DNA of 60,771 nt from Candidatus Woesearchaeota archaeon (lineage in GTDB: Archaea; Nanobdellota; Nanobdellia; SCGC-AAA011-G17; PNOQ01): positions 1-60,771 of the forward strand of contig CAZTYO010000001.1 of assembly GCA_964617925.1 (NCBI GenBank), given 5' to 3'. Positions 35,078 through 44,278 of the stretch are shown here, in pieces. Under the pieces are notes generated by a model. The model worked only from the letters and a program-made list of their open reading frames with translations, searched no databases and was not told where the DNA came from. How positions within the stretch are numbered: position 1 is the stretch's first letter; the number at the start of each line of letters is the position of its first letter. The position numbers and the translations under genes are program-made.

Positions 35078-35956
35078 ATGGCAGATGATGTATTTTTTAC
35101 ACTTAGTTTTGTTAAAAGAGAGGGTCCAATAGTTCCTTCTCAAGTTGCAAAAGAATTGAATACCAATATCTTATTTGCTAGTGCTATTTTGTCTGAACTT
35201 GTAGAGAAAGGTCAAGTTTTGGTTACCCATATTAAGAAAGGGGGGTCTCCCTTTTATTATTTTGCTGGCCAAGAAGAAAAATTACAACGGTTGATATCCT
35301 TTTTAAGTGAATTTGATAAAGAAGTTTGTGATAATTTACAAAAAGAAATAATTATTCGTGATAACTCCATTTCTCCACAACAAAAAAATAGTTTTAGAAA
35401 AGAATTGAAAGATTTTGCAATTCCGCTTAGTGTGAAATTGGGAAATGATCATGAGTTATTTTGGAAATGGTATCTTGCTTCAAATGATGTTGCAAAGGAC
35501 AAGATAAAAGCATTAATATCTAATAAATCTAATTCTTCTGTTGAAAACTCAAAAGAAGAAGTTGAAAAAGAAATGATAAAAGAACAGGAAATAGAAAAGA
35601 AAGAGGAAATTCAACAAAAAGTTGAATCTGTTACAAGAAAGATTGATTCTGGTTTAGATATATTGAATAATTATTTTTCTACTAATGAAATGTATATTAT
35701 TTCTCAAGATGTTGTTAGAAAAAATAAAGAATTAAATTTTGTTATTGATTTGCCTTCAAAAATTGGTACACTCAGATATTTTGTTAAATTTAAAGATAAA
35801 AAAACAATAACCGATGCTGATCTAATTTCTGCTTTAGATGAAGCAAGGTCTAAGAAACTTCCTGTATTGTTTTTGAGTAAAGGTCAGTTGGCTAAGAAAG
35901 CTGAAAAATACTTGAATGATAATGTTTCTGGACAATTAGTTTTTAGATCTCTTTGA
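35078..35956 (+). CDS. hypothetical protein with probable N-terminal winged-helix domain(s) and E/K-rich linker
   Basis: REGPIVPSQVAKELNTNILFASAILSELVEKGQVLV...GGSPFYY resembles a wHTH. The C-terminal ~90 aa form a separate alpha/beta module. No family recognised. Confidence 0.55.
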   Translation: MADDVFFTLSFVKREGPIVPSQVAKELNTNILFASAILSELVEKGQVLVTHIKKGGSPFYYFAGQEEKLQRLISFLSEFDKEVCDNLQKEIIIRDNSISPQQKNSFRKELKDFAIPLSVKLGNDHELFWKWYLASNDVAKDKIKALISNKSNSSVENSKEEVEKEMIKEQEIEKKEEIQQKVESVTRKIDSGLDILNNYFSTNEMYIISQDVVRKNKELNFVIDLPSKIGTLRYFVKFKDKKTITDADLISALDEARSKKLPVLFLSKGQLAKKAEKYLNDNVSGQLVFRSL

Positions 35957-36646
35957 TTTTTTTCTAAATAAAATTAAATATAATATTAATATTGTAGCTA
36001 GGTATGTTTGTGTTTTGCTTCCTAATCTGTAATTTTGTTTTATAATTTCTGTTGTTTTTATATTACAAGTTGTATTGAATTCTGTTAGTGCTATTGAATA
36101 GACTAATTCCATTGTTTGTTCTAACTCTGATTGTGGAATCTTTGGATCTTTTGAGTTTAACCAAGGCTCCCAGTCTTTGTTATTTTGTGATGCCATATAT
36201 AATGAATTATTTAGCTCATATTTGTTTTTTTTACATTTTGTTTTTATTGTTGAAACTTGTTTTTCGAATTTAGAATGATCATAAGGATCTTCTCCATTTA
36301 TATTATGTGGAGATACGAAAGAATCTGAAACATAATGGGTAATGACTCCAAATGCATAACTAGCATTTTCGTAATCTTTTATTTTTAAAGAATCTCTTAG
36401 TATTTGTAACCAATGAACGGATTTGTTATAACTTGGGGGATAATGATGTAACCTTTGATCATGAAAATCTTTATCTGGTGCTAATGCTCCTTCTTCCATT
36501 AATTCTAAATCTAATTTTTGAGTTAATTCTAGTGGAAACGAGTAATAAACTTTTTGAACAATTGCTTTGTGAGTTGGCCAATTCCATGCTCCTGTTGAAG
36601 GGAATAGTAGAAAACATAAGATTATTAAACTTAAAGTTTTGTTCAT
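35936..36646 (-). CDS. zinc-dependent phospholipase C / S1-P1 nuclease-fold-like protein, signal peptide plus C-terminal TM anchor
   Basis: The mature N-terminus is GAWNWPTHKAI (the W...H Zn-ligand pattern of Zn_dep_PLPC), with HYVSDSFVSPHN. C-terminal helix YLATILILYLILF plus a basic tail. Confidence 0.5.
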   Translation of the reverse strand: MNKTLSLIILCFLLFPSTGAWNWPTHKAIVQKVYYSFPLELTQKLDLELMEEGALAPDKDFHDQRLHHYPPSYNKSVHWLQILRDSLKIKDYENASYAFGVITHYVSDSFVSPHNINGEDPYDHSKFEKQVSTIKTKCKKNKYELNNSLYMASQNNKDWEPWLNSKDPKIPQSELEQTMELVYSIALTEFNTTCNIKTTEIIKQNYRLGSKTQTYLATILILYLILFRKKSKRSKN

Positions 36647-36685
36647 GGATTAAATAATAATTTAATATATTTAAATTTAAGTAAA

Positions 36686-37804
36686 ATGAGAGATTACATA
36701 TTTATTTTAGGAAGAAACCCCGAATTATCACTAGCAGAAATAATTTCATATTTTAAATCTAGTGATATTGTTTATGAGTTGAAAAGCAAGGGGGTAGATG
36801 TTGTAGTCTTTTTATTGGATGAAAATAAAGTTGATTTTAATAAAATGATTAATTCTCTTGGAGGAACTTTGAAAATTGGGGAAGTAATTTCTGAAAATGA
36901 TTTTGATGATTTGATTCCTTATGAAGGTGCAGATTCTAAACTAAAATATTGCATAAGTTCTTATGGTGATGATTATCTGCTTTTAGATTTTAAAAAATAT
37001 TTAAAGAAATGGTTTAAATCACAAAAAATTAAGGCAGTTCATAAAAAATCTAATGTTGAAAAATTAACTCCTCGCGATGTTGGCAGGAAAACTATAGAAT
37101 ATTTAGTTTATGGGAGGTATGCTGCAAAAGTTATTGCAGTTTCAAATCCTTCAGAGTATAAAAAAAGAGATCAGAATAGGCCAGTTAATGATTTTTTGAA
37201 AAATACTTCAATAAGATTAGCAAAAATTATGGTAAATCTTTCTCAAGCTAAAAAAAATGAATTATTCTTGGATCCTTTTTGTGGAACTGGTGTAATTCTT
37301 CAGGAAGCCATGTTAAATGATATTAATGTTATTGGCATTGATTTAGATGGGAAATCTGCTGTTGCTGCCCAAAAAAATTGTGATTGGATAAATAAGAAAT
37401 ATGGATTGAAAAAAGGATTTAGAATAATTACTGGAGATTCTACCCAGATGAAAAGATATTTTACTTCAAGTTCTGTTGATGCTGTTGCTACTGAACCTTA
37501 CATGGGCCCGTATTTGAATGATCTTCCTCCAATCTCTGAAGCAACAAAGATTTCTAAAGAACTAGAAATTCTTTATTTTGGAGTTTTGAAGAATTTGAAG
37601 AAAGTTATTAGAAAGGATGCAAAGATTGCAATCATTGTTCCAACTTTTAAAGTGAAAAAAGGAGAAACTGTTGAATTTGATTTTTTGGCTATGTTAAAGA
37701 ATCTTGGATTTGAAATTGCTGAACTTGATGAAAATGTGCAATTTCCTATTGAGTATGTTGATAAAAAAAGTAAAATAATTAGAAATATATATGTTTTGAA
37801 TTAA
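36686..37804 (+). CDS. SAM-dependent RNA methyltransferase, Trm11/TrmG10 (UPF0020)-like
   Basis: N-terminus is ILGRNPELSLAEIISYF. SAM motif I is LDPFCGTGVILQEA. Motif IV appears as ATEPYMG rather than the DPPYG I expect. Confidence 0.55.
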   Translation: MRDYIFILGRNPELSLAEIISYFKSSDIVYELKSKGVDVVVFLLDENKVDFNKMINSLGGTLKIGEVISENDFDDLIPYEGADSKLKYCISSYGDDYLLLDFKKYLKKWFKSQKIKAVHKKSNVEKLTPRDVGRKTIEYLVYGRYAAKVIAVSNPSEYKKRDQNRPVNDFLKNTSIRLAKIMVNLSQAKKNELFLDPFCGTGVILQEAMLNDINVIGIDLDGKSAVAAQKNCDWINKKYGLKKGFRIITGDSTQMKRYFTSSSVDAVATEPYMGPYLNDLPPISEATKISKELEILYFGVLKNLKKVIRKDAKIAIIVPTFKVKKGETVEFDFLAMLKNLGFEIAELDENVQFPIEYVDKKSKIIRNIYVLN

Positions 37805-37853
37805 ATTTTTCATTTTCAAATGATTTATAAGTTTTTAGTGATTAGTTCATGTT

Positions 37854-38669
37854 ATGATTTCGGTCAATATGCTTTCTACTTATTTGTACTGTAAAAGAAA
37901 ATTGTATTTACAGTATGTTTTGAAACTTTCTTCTCCTCCAAAAGATGTTTTGATTAAAGGAAGATTAAGGCATGAGGCATTCGATAGGATTAATTTGATC
38001 GATAAAGATATTGTGAAGGAAATTACAAAATTTATGCCACTTGAAGATATGAGTATGATGTTTAGGAAAGAATATTCTAAAATTCTTCGTGAAGTTCTCG
38101 ATGAAATGAAATTGGAATTATTAGAAGTAGGTGTTGATCCAACCTCTGTTTTTCATTCTATCTGGCCAACTTTTCTTCGGGAAGCTCAAGATAAGGCGGA
38201 ATCTACATATAATTTTATGATAGCTGAAAAAGTTTATGGAGATAGTTTATGGAAGGGGCTAACTCCTAAAATAATGACTGAATTAACATTGACTTCGCTA
38301 TCTATTAATTTAAAAGGAACTATAGACAGGGTTGAAATTTCTAATGGTGTTTATGTTCCTGTTGAACTTAAAACAGGTAAAATGCCAAATGAAGGTATTT
38401 GGCCAGGAGATAGAATACAATTAGAATCTTATATGTCTTTACTTGTTGAAGAAATGAATAAAAATGTTAAAGAAGGTTATGTTCATTATGTTGACCATAA
38501 TGAGAAAAGAAAAATAGTTATGACCCCATTTATTCGTGATAATGTGATTAAAACTGTTCAAAATGTTAATGCTGTTTTGGAAGGAAAGTTGCCAGATATT
38601 GTTACTAATAGAAATAAATGTGTTTCTTGTGTTTTTAGAGAAAAATGTTATGGTTTGACAGGTTCTTAG
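37854..38669 (+). CDS. Cas4/RecB-like PD-(D/E)xK exonuclease with Cys4 (Fe-S) signature, stand-alone
   Basis: N-terminal YLYCKRKLYLQY Cys, the core IDRVE...VELKTGK, and a C-terminal CVSCVFREKC triad. Confidence 0.7.
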   Translation: MISVNMLSTYLYCKRKLYLQYVLKLSSPPKDVLIKGRLRHEAFDRINLIDKDIVKEITKFMPLEDMSMMFRKEYSKILREVLDEMKLELLEVGVDPTSVFHSIWPTFLREAQDKAESTYNFMIAEKVYGDSLWKGLTPKIMTELTLTSLSINLKGTIDRVEISNGVYVPVELKTGKMPNEGIWPGDRIQLESYMSLLVEEMNKNVKEGYVHYVDHNEKRKIVMTPFIRDNVIKTVQNVNAVLEGKLPDIVTNRNKCVSCVFREKCYGLTGS

Positions 38670-38711
38670 AACCGATATATATATGAACATTTTGTTATAA
38701 TAATATGTTGT

Positions 38712-39299
38712 TCACCATAATTTTTTCTTTTTTATTTTTTTTATTATTTCTTTAAAATTCTTTTCAGTTTGTTTTTCTTTGTAGTTTTGCAATGTTTCAA
38801 TATCTTTTTCCATTAAATTTCTACTTATTAGAAATTGGCATAGTTGTGTAACATTTTTTGTATTTTCAGTATAGTAACATCTTTCAAAATCTAAAATAGT
38901 TACTTTTGGATAGTGTACTAATACGTGTTTTAATGGCCTAGTAAATTCCAATTTGTTTATTTTTAATTTATCCAATGTTCTTGCTTGTTTTAGTAAGTTT
39001 ATTATTACTCTTTTTTTCTTGATTGGAGATTTTTCTTTTTCTAGAAACTCGGGTAAAAAAATTCCTTCAACATATGTATAGATAATATAATCTTTTCCTG
39101 ATTTTAATAACTCTGGGCCAATATTATGTCCATTTAATATTTTAAGAAATTTGGCTTCGTTTTTTAATCTTTCAATTGCTTCTGAGTTTGGATTTTTTTC
39201 TTTTATAGAGACTTTTTTTTCATTCAAAAGTCCAATATATACTACTCCTCGTTTGCCTTTTGCTAAATATTCCTTGTTTGTCACATTCTTTGGAATCAT
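38712..39299 (-). CDS. small atypical protein-kinase-like protein (COG2112/RIO/Bud32-like)
   Basis: G-loop-like AKGKRGVVY, VSIKEK lysine, and a distal ILDFERC (DFG-like). No clear HxD catalytic loop. Confidence 0.45.
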   Translation of the reverse strand: MIPKNVTNKEYLAKGKRGVVYIGLLNEKKVSIKEKNPNSEAIERLKNEAKFLKILNGHNIGPELLKSGKDYIIYTYVEGIFLPEFLEKEKSPIKKKRVIINLLKQARTLDKLKINKLEFTRPLKHVLVHYPKVTILDFERCYYTENTKNVTQLCQFLISRNLMEKDIETLQNYKEKQTEKNFKEIIKKIKKKKLW

Positions 39300-39411
39300 A
39301 GTATCTTTTTTGTATTTTCTTTTAATTAATCTTTCTTTTTATGTTTATTAAAAACAAAAACTTTTTTAAAGAATATCTCCCAACTTAAAGATATAAAAAG
39401 ACGGTGTTCAT

Positions 39412-41133
39412 ATGAAAAAAGTAATATTTGTATTTTGTCTCGCATTTGTTTTATTAGGTTCTCCTAATCTTGTTTCTGCAGAATTTAATCTTTCTCAAGG
39501 AACTGATTGGCTTTATGATCAAATGGATGTTGCAAATTGGAATAAACCTGTTGATGAAGTTGCACTTTCTGTTTTGGCTTTAAGAAATTTTGGTTATGAT
39601 GTTAGTAATGGTGTTGATCAATTAAATAGTGAACAATTGGGAGATAATTCTTGGGGTAATGCATATTATACTGCTCTTGCAACTCTTGCTTTACATAAAT
39701 CAGGTGAAAATGTTAGTGAGGAGGTTCGATGGTTATTAGATAATCGTGAAAGAGCAATGCAAAATGGGCAATGGTTAATTCAATTGATGACTGAAGGTTA
39801 TGGGACTTGTGGAATAACCTATAATGAAAATCCTTTTTATTTCGTTGTAAATAATACAATTATTGAAGAATCTCCTTCTGGTTTGTGTACTGGAGAAAAT
39901 TGGATAGATTTTGAAACTTGTGTTAAGGGAGGTTTGGCAGATGTTACTGAAACTCTTTCTATCGATTGTGTTGGTTTGTCAGTTACACCTTCTTTGATAT
40001 TCAAATCTTATGATAATTCTTATTATCTTGTTGATGAAGTTATGCCGCTTGATTTAGAAAATGGATGTTTCTATGGTGGCGCATATTCGTGTGATTGTGC
40101 TTATACTGGTTATGCTAGTTTTGTTTTGAATGAACTTGCAGAATCTTATGCAACTGTGCCTTATTTAGCAACTACTTGTACTGGAGATGCTCTTGGAAAT
40201 TCATTTTTATTATCTTTAACTAATGATGGCAAATATTCTACTTGGTTGAGAGACAATCAATTGGGCGGAAATTGGGAGAATAATAAATATACTACTGCTT
40301 TTGCTACGTATGTTTTGAGAAATTCAGCACAAGGGGGAGAATCTGTTACAACTGCAACAGATTGGATTGAATTGCACCAGCTTCCAGAAGGTTCTTGGGA
40401 TGGAAGTATAAAAACTACTGCGATGGTAATCTGGGGAGTTTTTAGTACTGAATTATCTCCGATTTCGTCTTCAACTACTGAATGTAATAATGGAGTTATT
40501 GAATATGATGAATCATGTGAAAATGGAATTCCCTGTACTGGTAATCTTGTTTGTCAAAATTGTACTTGCGTAACTCCTCAAACTTGTACTGAAATTAATG
40601 AGTGTATGTCTGGTACTGATTGTGCAGAGGGATATGATTGTAGTTTTGCAAGTTGTACTTGTGAGCCACTTCTTCTTGAATGTACTTCTGATTTACAATG
40701 TGAACTCGGTTTTTATTGTAATGAAATAACAAATACTTGTGAGCGTAGTGAATCTCCCGGATGTAGTTCTGATTCAGATTGTGATGATGGTTATCATTGT
40801 AATCTTCAAACTGGAAATTGTGAAGTTGATGAGGAAAGTAGTAATTGGATAGCATGGTTAATCTCTATAATTGTTATACTTGCAGGTTTAGCTGCTGGCT
40901 ATTATTATTATATGAAATATAAGAAAAAACCTATGGCTAAAACTCCTTCATTTAGTGGAGGTTTACCTACTCAAGGTCAACCTAAGAAACCAAATTATCC
41001 TGTTGCTAGGCAAGCTATTTCCCGTCCTACGAGTAAAAAATATGCTCCAAGTAGAAAGGACCATAAATTAGAAAGTGAACTTGATGAATCTATAAAAAAG
41101 GCCAAGGATCTTTTGAAGGGCAAGGGGCGATAA
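39412..41133 (+). CDS. surface protein: signal peptide, prenyltransferase/terpene-cyclase-like alpha/alpha-toroid repeats, Cys-rich modules, TM anchor, basic tail
   Basis: Repeats are DNSWGNAYYTALATLAL, GGNWENNKYTTAFATYVL and EGSWDGSIKTTAMVIWG. Several C..D.(D/Q)C..G(Y/F).C......C modules span aa 357-471. TM helix WIAWLISIIVILAGLAAGYYYY. Confidence 0.6.
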   Translation: MKKVIFVFCLAFVLLGSPNLVSAEFNLSQGTDWLYDQMDVANWNKPVDEVALSVLALRNFGYDVSNGVDQLNSEQLGDNSWGNAYYTALATLALHKSGENVSEEVRWLLDNRERAMQNGQWLIQLMTEGYGTCGITYNENPFYFVVNNTIIEESPSGLCTGENWIDFETCVKGGLADVTETLSIDCVGLSVTPSLIFKSYDNSYYLVDEVMPLDLENGCFYGGAYSCDCAYTGYASFVLNELAESYATVPYLATTCTGDALGNSFLLSLTNDGKYSTWLRDNQLGGNWENNKYTTAFATYVLRNSAQGGESVTTATDWIELHQLPEGSWDGSIKTTAMVIWGVFSTELSPISSSTTECNNGVIEYDESCENGIPCTGNLVCQNCTCVTPQTCTEINECMSGTDCAEGYDCSFASCTCEPLLLECTSDLQCELGFYCNEITNTCERSESPGCSSDSDCDDGYHCNLQTGNCEVDEESSNWIAWLISIIVILAGLAAGYYYYMKYKKKPMAKTPSFSGGLPTQGQPKKPNYPVARQAISRPTSKKYAPSRKDHKLESELDESIKKAKDLLKGKGR

Positions 41134-41135
41134 TT

Positions 41136-42449
41136 ATGAGAAAAATAGGTTTTGTATTTTTATTTCTTTTATTGTGTTCTATGGTTTCTGCTGATGATAT
41201 AATCTTTAGTAAGGATAATTATAATGTTGGTGAGACTTTTCAGGCTGAGATAGATATCTCTGTTGATTTAGTTGAAGATTTGTCCCGTAATGATGTTAAA
41301 TTTTTTGATTCAGAAGGAATAGAAATTTCAATTCCTTTTTTATTCTTTAAACTGTTGGAAGATAAGTTTTATATTTACTTTAATATTCACCCCGATTTTA
41401 ATGAAGGAAATTATACTCTTATTGTTGAAAATATAATTTATCTTGAAGAAAATAATTTAATTCAATCAGAATTGAATGAATCTTTTAATATTTCTTCATT
41501 AAATCATACTCTTTATGTTAATCCTGCTATCTTAATAATTGATCAATTTCGGGCAGGTGAATTATTTACTCTCGATTTTTATAATACTGGAACTGAAAAT
41601 TTAGAAGTTGAAGTAAGTAGTAGTGATTCTGAAGGTATTGTCCTTTCTAATTCCAATTTTTTGATTGAATCCATGGATTCGATTAATTATGATATTTATA
41701 TTGATAATTTACTCTTGGATAGATCAGAATATCAAACTATTAGTGTTAGCTATCTTAATGGTTCTTATGAAATTCCTGTGTGGTTTGGGGAATTAGAATC
41801 TGAAGAAAATCAACTTCCTGTTGAAGGAGATTTATTTTTTGATTCTCCAGTTTCAGAATTTAATATGACTTTATTTGCTGATGAAGATAAGAAAGGATAT
41901 ATTGAAATAACTAATTCTTATGATTTTGATATTTATGATATAGCTTTGAATTTAACTGGAAATCTTTTGAGTATTATTGATCTAGAATATGTAACAATTG
42001 AAAGTATTTTGGCAGGAGAGACTAAGAAGTTAAATATTAATGTTAATGAAAATCATACTATTCAAATTGGAGTTTATTCTGGTAGTTTGACTCTTGATTC
42101 AGGTTCTTATTATGATGACTTTCCATTTTTTGTAGAAATAATTAATCATCCTCTTGGCCACATAGATTGTAGAACTGAAGGTTGTGAATCTGGCATTTGT
42201 TCTGTTGAAACGGGTTTATGTATTAATGAAACTGATTCTTATTGTACTATGGATAGTTGTCCAACCGGATGGGTTTGCAATTTAACTTCCGGACTCTGCA
42301 CTGTTGATACTCCAAATGAGACTGAAAAAAATGATGGAAAAATAGTGTTTATGATAATTTTGATAATTTTAATTTTGTTTAGTTATTTAATCTATAAAAG
42401 AATAAAAGGTAGACCTAAGCCTACTTTTCCTCTTCCTCAGTCTTCTTAG
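41136..42449 (+). CDS. surface protein: signal peptide, beta-sandwich-like repeats, two Cys modules, TM anchor
   Basis: The signal is followed by N-glycosylation-sequon-rich repeats. CRTEGCESGICSVETGLC and CTMDSCPTGWVCNLTSGLC precede the IVFMIILIILILFSYLIY helix. Confidence 0.6.
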   Translation: MRKIGFVFLFLLLCSMVSADDIIFSKDNYNVGETFQAEIDISVDLVEDLSRNDVKFFDSEGIEISIPFLFFKLLEDKFYIYFNIHPDFNEGNYTLIVENIIYLEENNLIQSELNESFNISSLNHTLYVNPAILIIDQFRAGELFTLDFYNTGTENLEVEVSSSDSEGIVLSNSNFLIESMDSINYDIYIDNLLLDRSEYQTISVSYLNGSYEIPVWFGELESEENQLPVEGDLFFDSPVSEFNMTLFADEDKKGYIEITNSYDFDIYDIALNLTGNLLSIIDLEYVTIESILAGETKKLNINVNENHTIQIGVYSGSLTLDSGSYYDDFPFFVEIINHPLGHIDCRTEGCESGICSVETGLCINETDSYCTMDSCPTGWVCNLTSGLCTVDTPNETEKNDGKIVFMIILIILILFSYLIYKRIKGRPKPTFPLPQSS

Positions 42450-42834
42450 CCTGTTGTTCTTTAGCACGCGTTTCCATTATCATTCTTTTTAGTGCCATAT
42501 CATATTGATGTAATTTTGCTAAAACATCATTTAACATTTCTTCAATACTTCCTGATGAAAGTTTATTTGTCTCTGGTTCAATTATTTCAATTGAAGAAGG
42601 CATAAAGTTAAAACAGAAATCTGTTAATTTTTTAAAATTATTAAATTCTAATTCAAATTCAGTAAATGTTGACCACATTTCTTTCACTAACTTTGCTTCT
42701 GCAGTATCATGATTTAGTTTTTTTATTTCTTCGTCTTTTTCTATCAATTCTACTACTTGTCTCATAGTTTTTTCCACATGTTCTTTTGGCATGCCCACTA
42801 TTTCTATTATTGTGTTAATTTTTATCTTTTCCAT
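42421..42834 (-). CDS. hypothetical cytoplasmic protein
   Basis: 137-aa acidic ORF that overlaps both neighbours. No motif recognised. Confidence 0.5.
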   Translation of the reverse strand: MEKIKINTIIEIVGMPKEHVEKTMRQVVELIEKDEEIKKLNHDTAEAKLVKEMWSTFTEFELEFNNFKKLTDFCFNFMPSSIEIIEPETNKLSSGSIEEMLNDVLAKLHQYDMALKRMIMETRAKEQQAKKTEEEEK

Positions 42835-44278
42835 TTTCTAAACCTAATTGAATGATTACTAATATCAATATGAAACAAAAGAAGTAAATTGCCATATTCA
42901 TTGATTTTTTGCCAGTTGATTCATAAACAATATTACTTGTTGTGTTATTATTGTTGTTTATAATTGTTTCTACGTTGTTTTCTTCTTCCATTAAAGATAC
43001 TATTTCTTCTTCTGAATATCCGATTTTGATTATTTTACATAGTTCTTTGGAAAATCCTTCAACCCGAAAATTTTTTTTTGTTTTATTGTCTAATCCCTCC
43101 AATATCATTGAATAGCTCCCGTTTTGATATTTTTCGTTACAGTTTGGGTATAGTTGAATTGGAATGGTTAGTTCATATTCAGTATATCTTGAGTTTAAGT
43201 TTATCTTTGTTGTTTTTGAAATTTTTTCATTATTCTGAGAAATGACATACGCATTTATTGAGTTTTTTGACGTATTTCCTTTATAAATTACAACTTTCAT
43301 TCTGATGCTGTCTCCGAATTCAGACCTATTATCTGAGCCTATGTATATTTTTTCTATATTCAACTTTGATTTTTTACTTTTTTCTGAGTCATCTGGATTC
43401 TTTTCTCCTGGACTTGGTTTTGAAAACCTCCATAAGTTATTTATTAATGACCAAGAGTTTCCTTCTTTTGAATCACTATATGAGAGTTTATCTAATTGAT
43501 TATCATTTTTGTCAAATAGTGTGATTTCTTCTAACTCTTTATTATTTAGAAAACCAGATAATCCATTTGTGTAAACTACCAAATATCCTTCTTTTTCTAT
43601 TATTGTTTGATAAGTAGTTGTTTCTGAGATTGTAATGTTTCTTCCAAATTCATCTTTTAATTTTGCTCCTTTTAGATCAACTGTTTCTCCTAGGTTGTAA
43701 AGTTCAATCCATTCTCCTTCTGGCATGGGGGCATCATCATGTCCTTCCGGATCCGGTAAGAATTCATTTATTCTTATGTTCATGAATGTTTGAATAGTAT
43801 TATTGTTTCCAGGTGATTGAATGCATTCAATCCATCTGCTTTGTAGTAGACATAAACTTTTGTTGTTTCCATTTGCTCCCCATTCTGGATAATAATGAGT
43901 AGCATCAATTATTGTGTTGTTGTTTAGGATTATTATTAGATCTCCAGTATTTCCTAATTGATTTCCAATTGTTGCTCCAACTGAGTATACTGCGGAATTT
44001 ATATTTGAATAATTAAATCCCTCTTCTACAATGAGGTGGTAATTGTTGTTTCCTTCTTTTAATAATTCTAGGGCATCTTCTGAAGTTGTATCTCTTATTG
44101 ATAAGTTTGTAATGAATTGAAACTCATCAGAATATATTTCAATATATTCTTTGTTATTGTCTGATCCAGATGGATTGTACATTATTTCATTTATGAATGT
44201 GGTTGCATAAGTACTGTGAATTAAAGAAAATAGAATTAAAATAAAAATTACTGTTGTGATACTTTTGTTTTTTTCCAT
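42815..44278 (-). CDS. surface protein with two lamin-tail domains (LTD), N-terminal signal and C-terminal TM anchor
   Basis: FINEIMYNPSGSDNNKEYIEIYS and RINEFLPDPEGHDD...GEWIELYNLG are the LTD hallmark, seen twice. C-terminal helix MAIYFFCFILILVIIQLG. Confidence 0.65.
   Translation of the reverse strand: MEKNKSITTVIFILILFSLIHSTYATTFINEIMYNPSGSDNNKEYIEIYSDEFQFITNLSIRDTTSEDALELLKEGNNNYHLIVEEGFNYSNINSAVYSVGATIGNQLGNTGDLIIILNNNTIIDATHYYPEWGANGNNKSLCLLQSRWIECIQSPGNNNTIQTFMNIRINEFLPDPEGHDDAPMPEGEWIELYNLGETVDLKGAKLKDEFGRNITISETTTYQTIIEKEGYLVVYTNGLSGFLNNKELEEITLFDKNDNQLDKLSYSDSKEGNSWSLINNLWRFSKPSPGEKNPDDSEKSKKSKLNIEKIYIGSDNRSEFGDSIRMKVVIYKGNTSKNSINAYVISQNNEKISKTTKINLNSRYTEYELTIPIQLYPNCNEKYQNGSYSMILEGLDNKTKKNFRVEGFSKELCKIIKIGYSEEEIVSLMEEENNVETIINNNNNTTSNIVYESTGKKSMNMAIYFFCFILILVIIQLGLENGKDKN

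Noticed and set aside
36686-38669. Methyltransferase plus PD-(D/E)xK nuclease as a restriction-modification or defence pair
   Set aside because: The methyltransferase has the N-terminal pattern and motif I of Trm11/UPF0020 RNA methylases rather than DNA MTases. The nuclease is Cas4/RecB-like. The adjacency is most simply coincidental in a compact genome.
40480-40824. Cys-module region as a nucleotide-level tandem repeat or DGR variable region
   Set aside because: The modules are similar only at the protein-pattern level, and the DNA copies are diverged. No reverse transcriptase or template repeat is present in the window.
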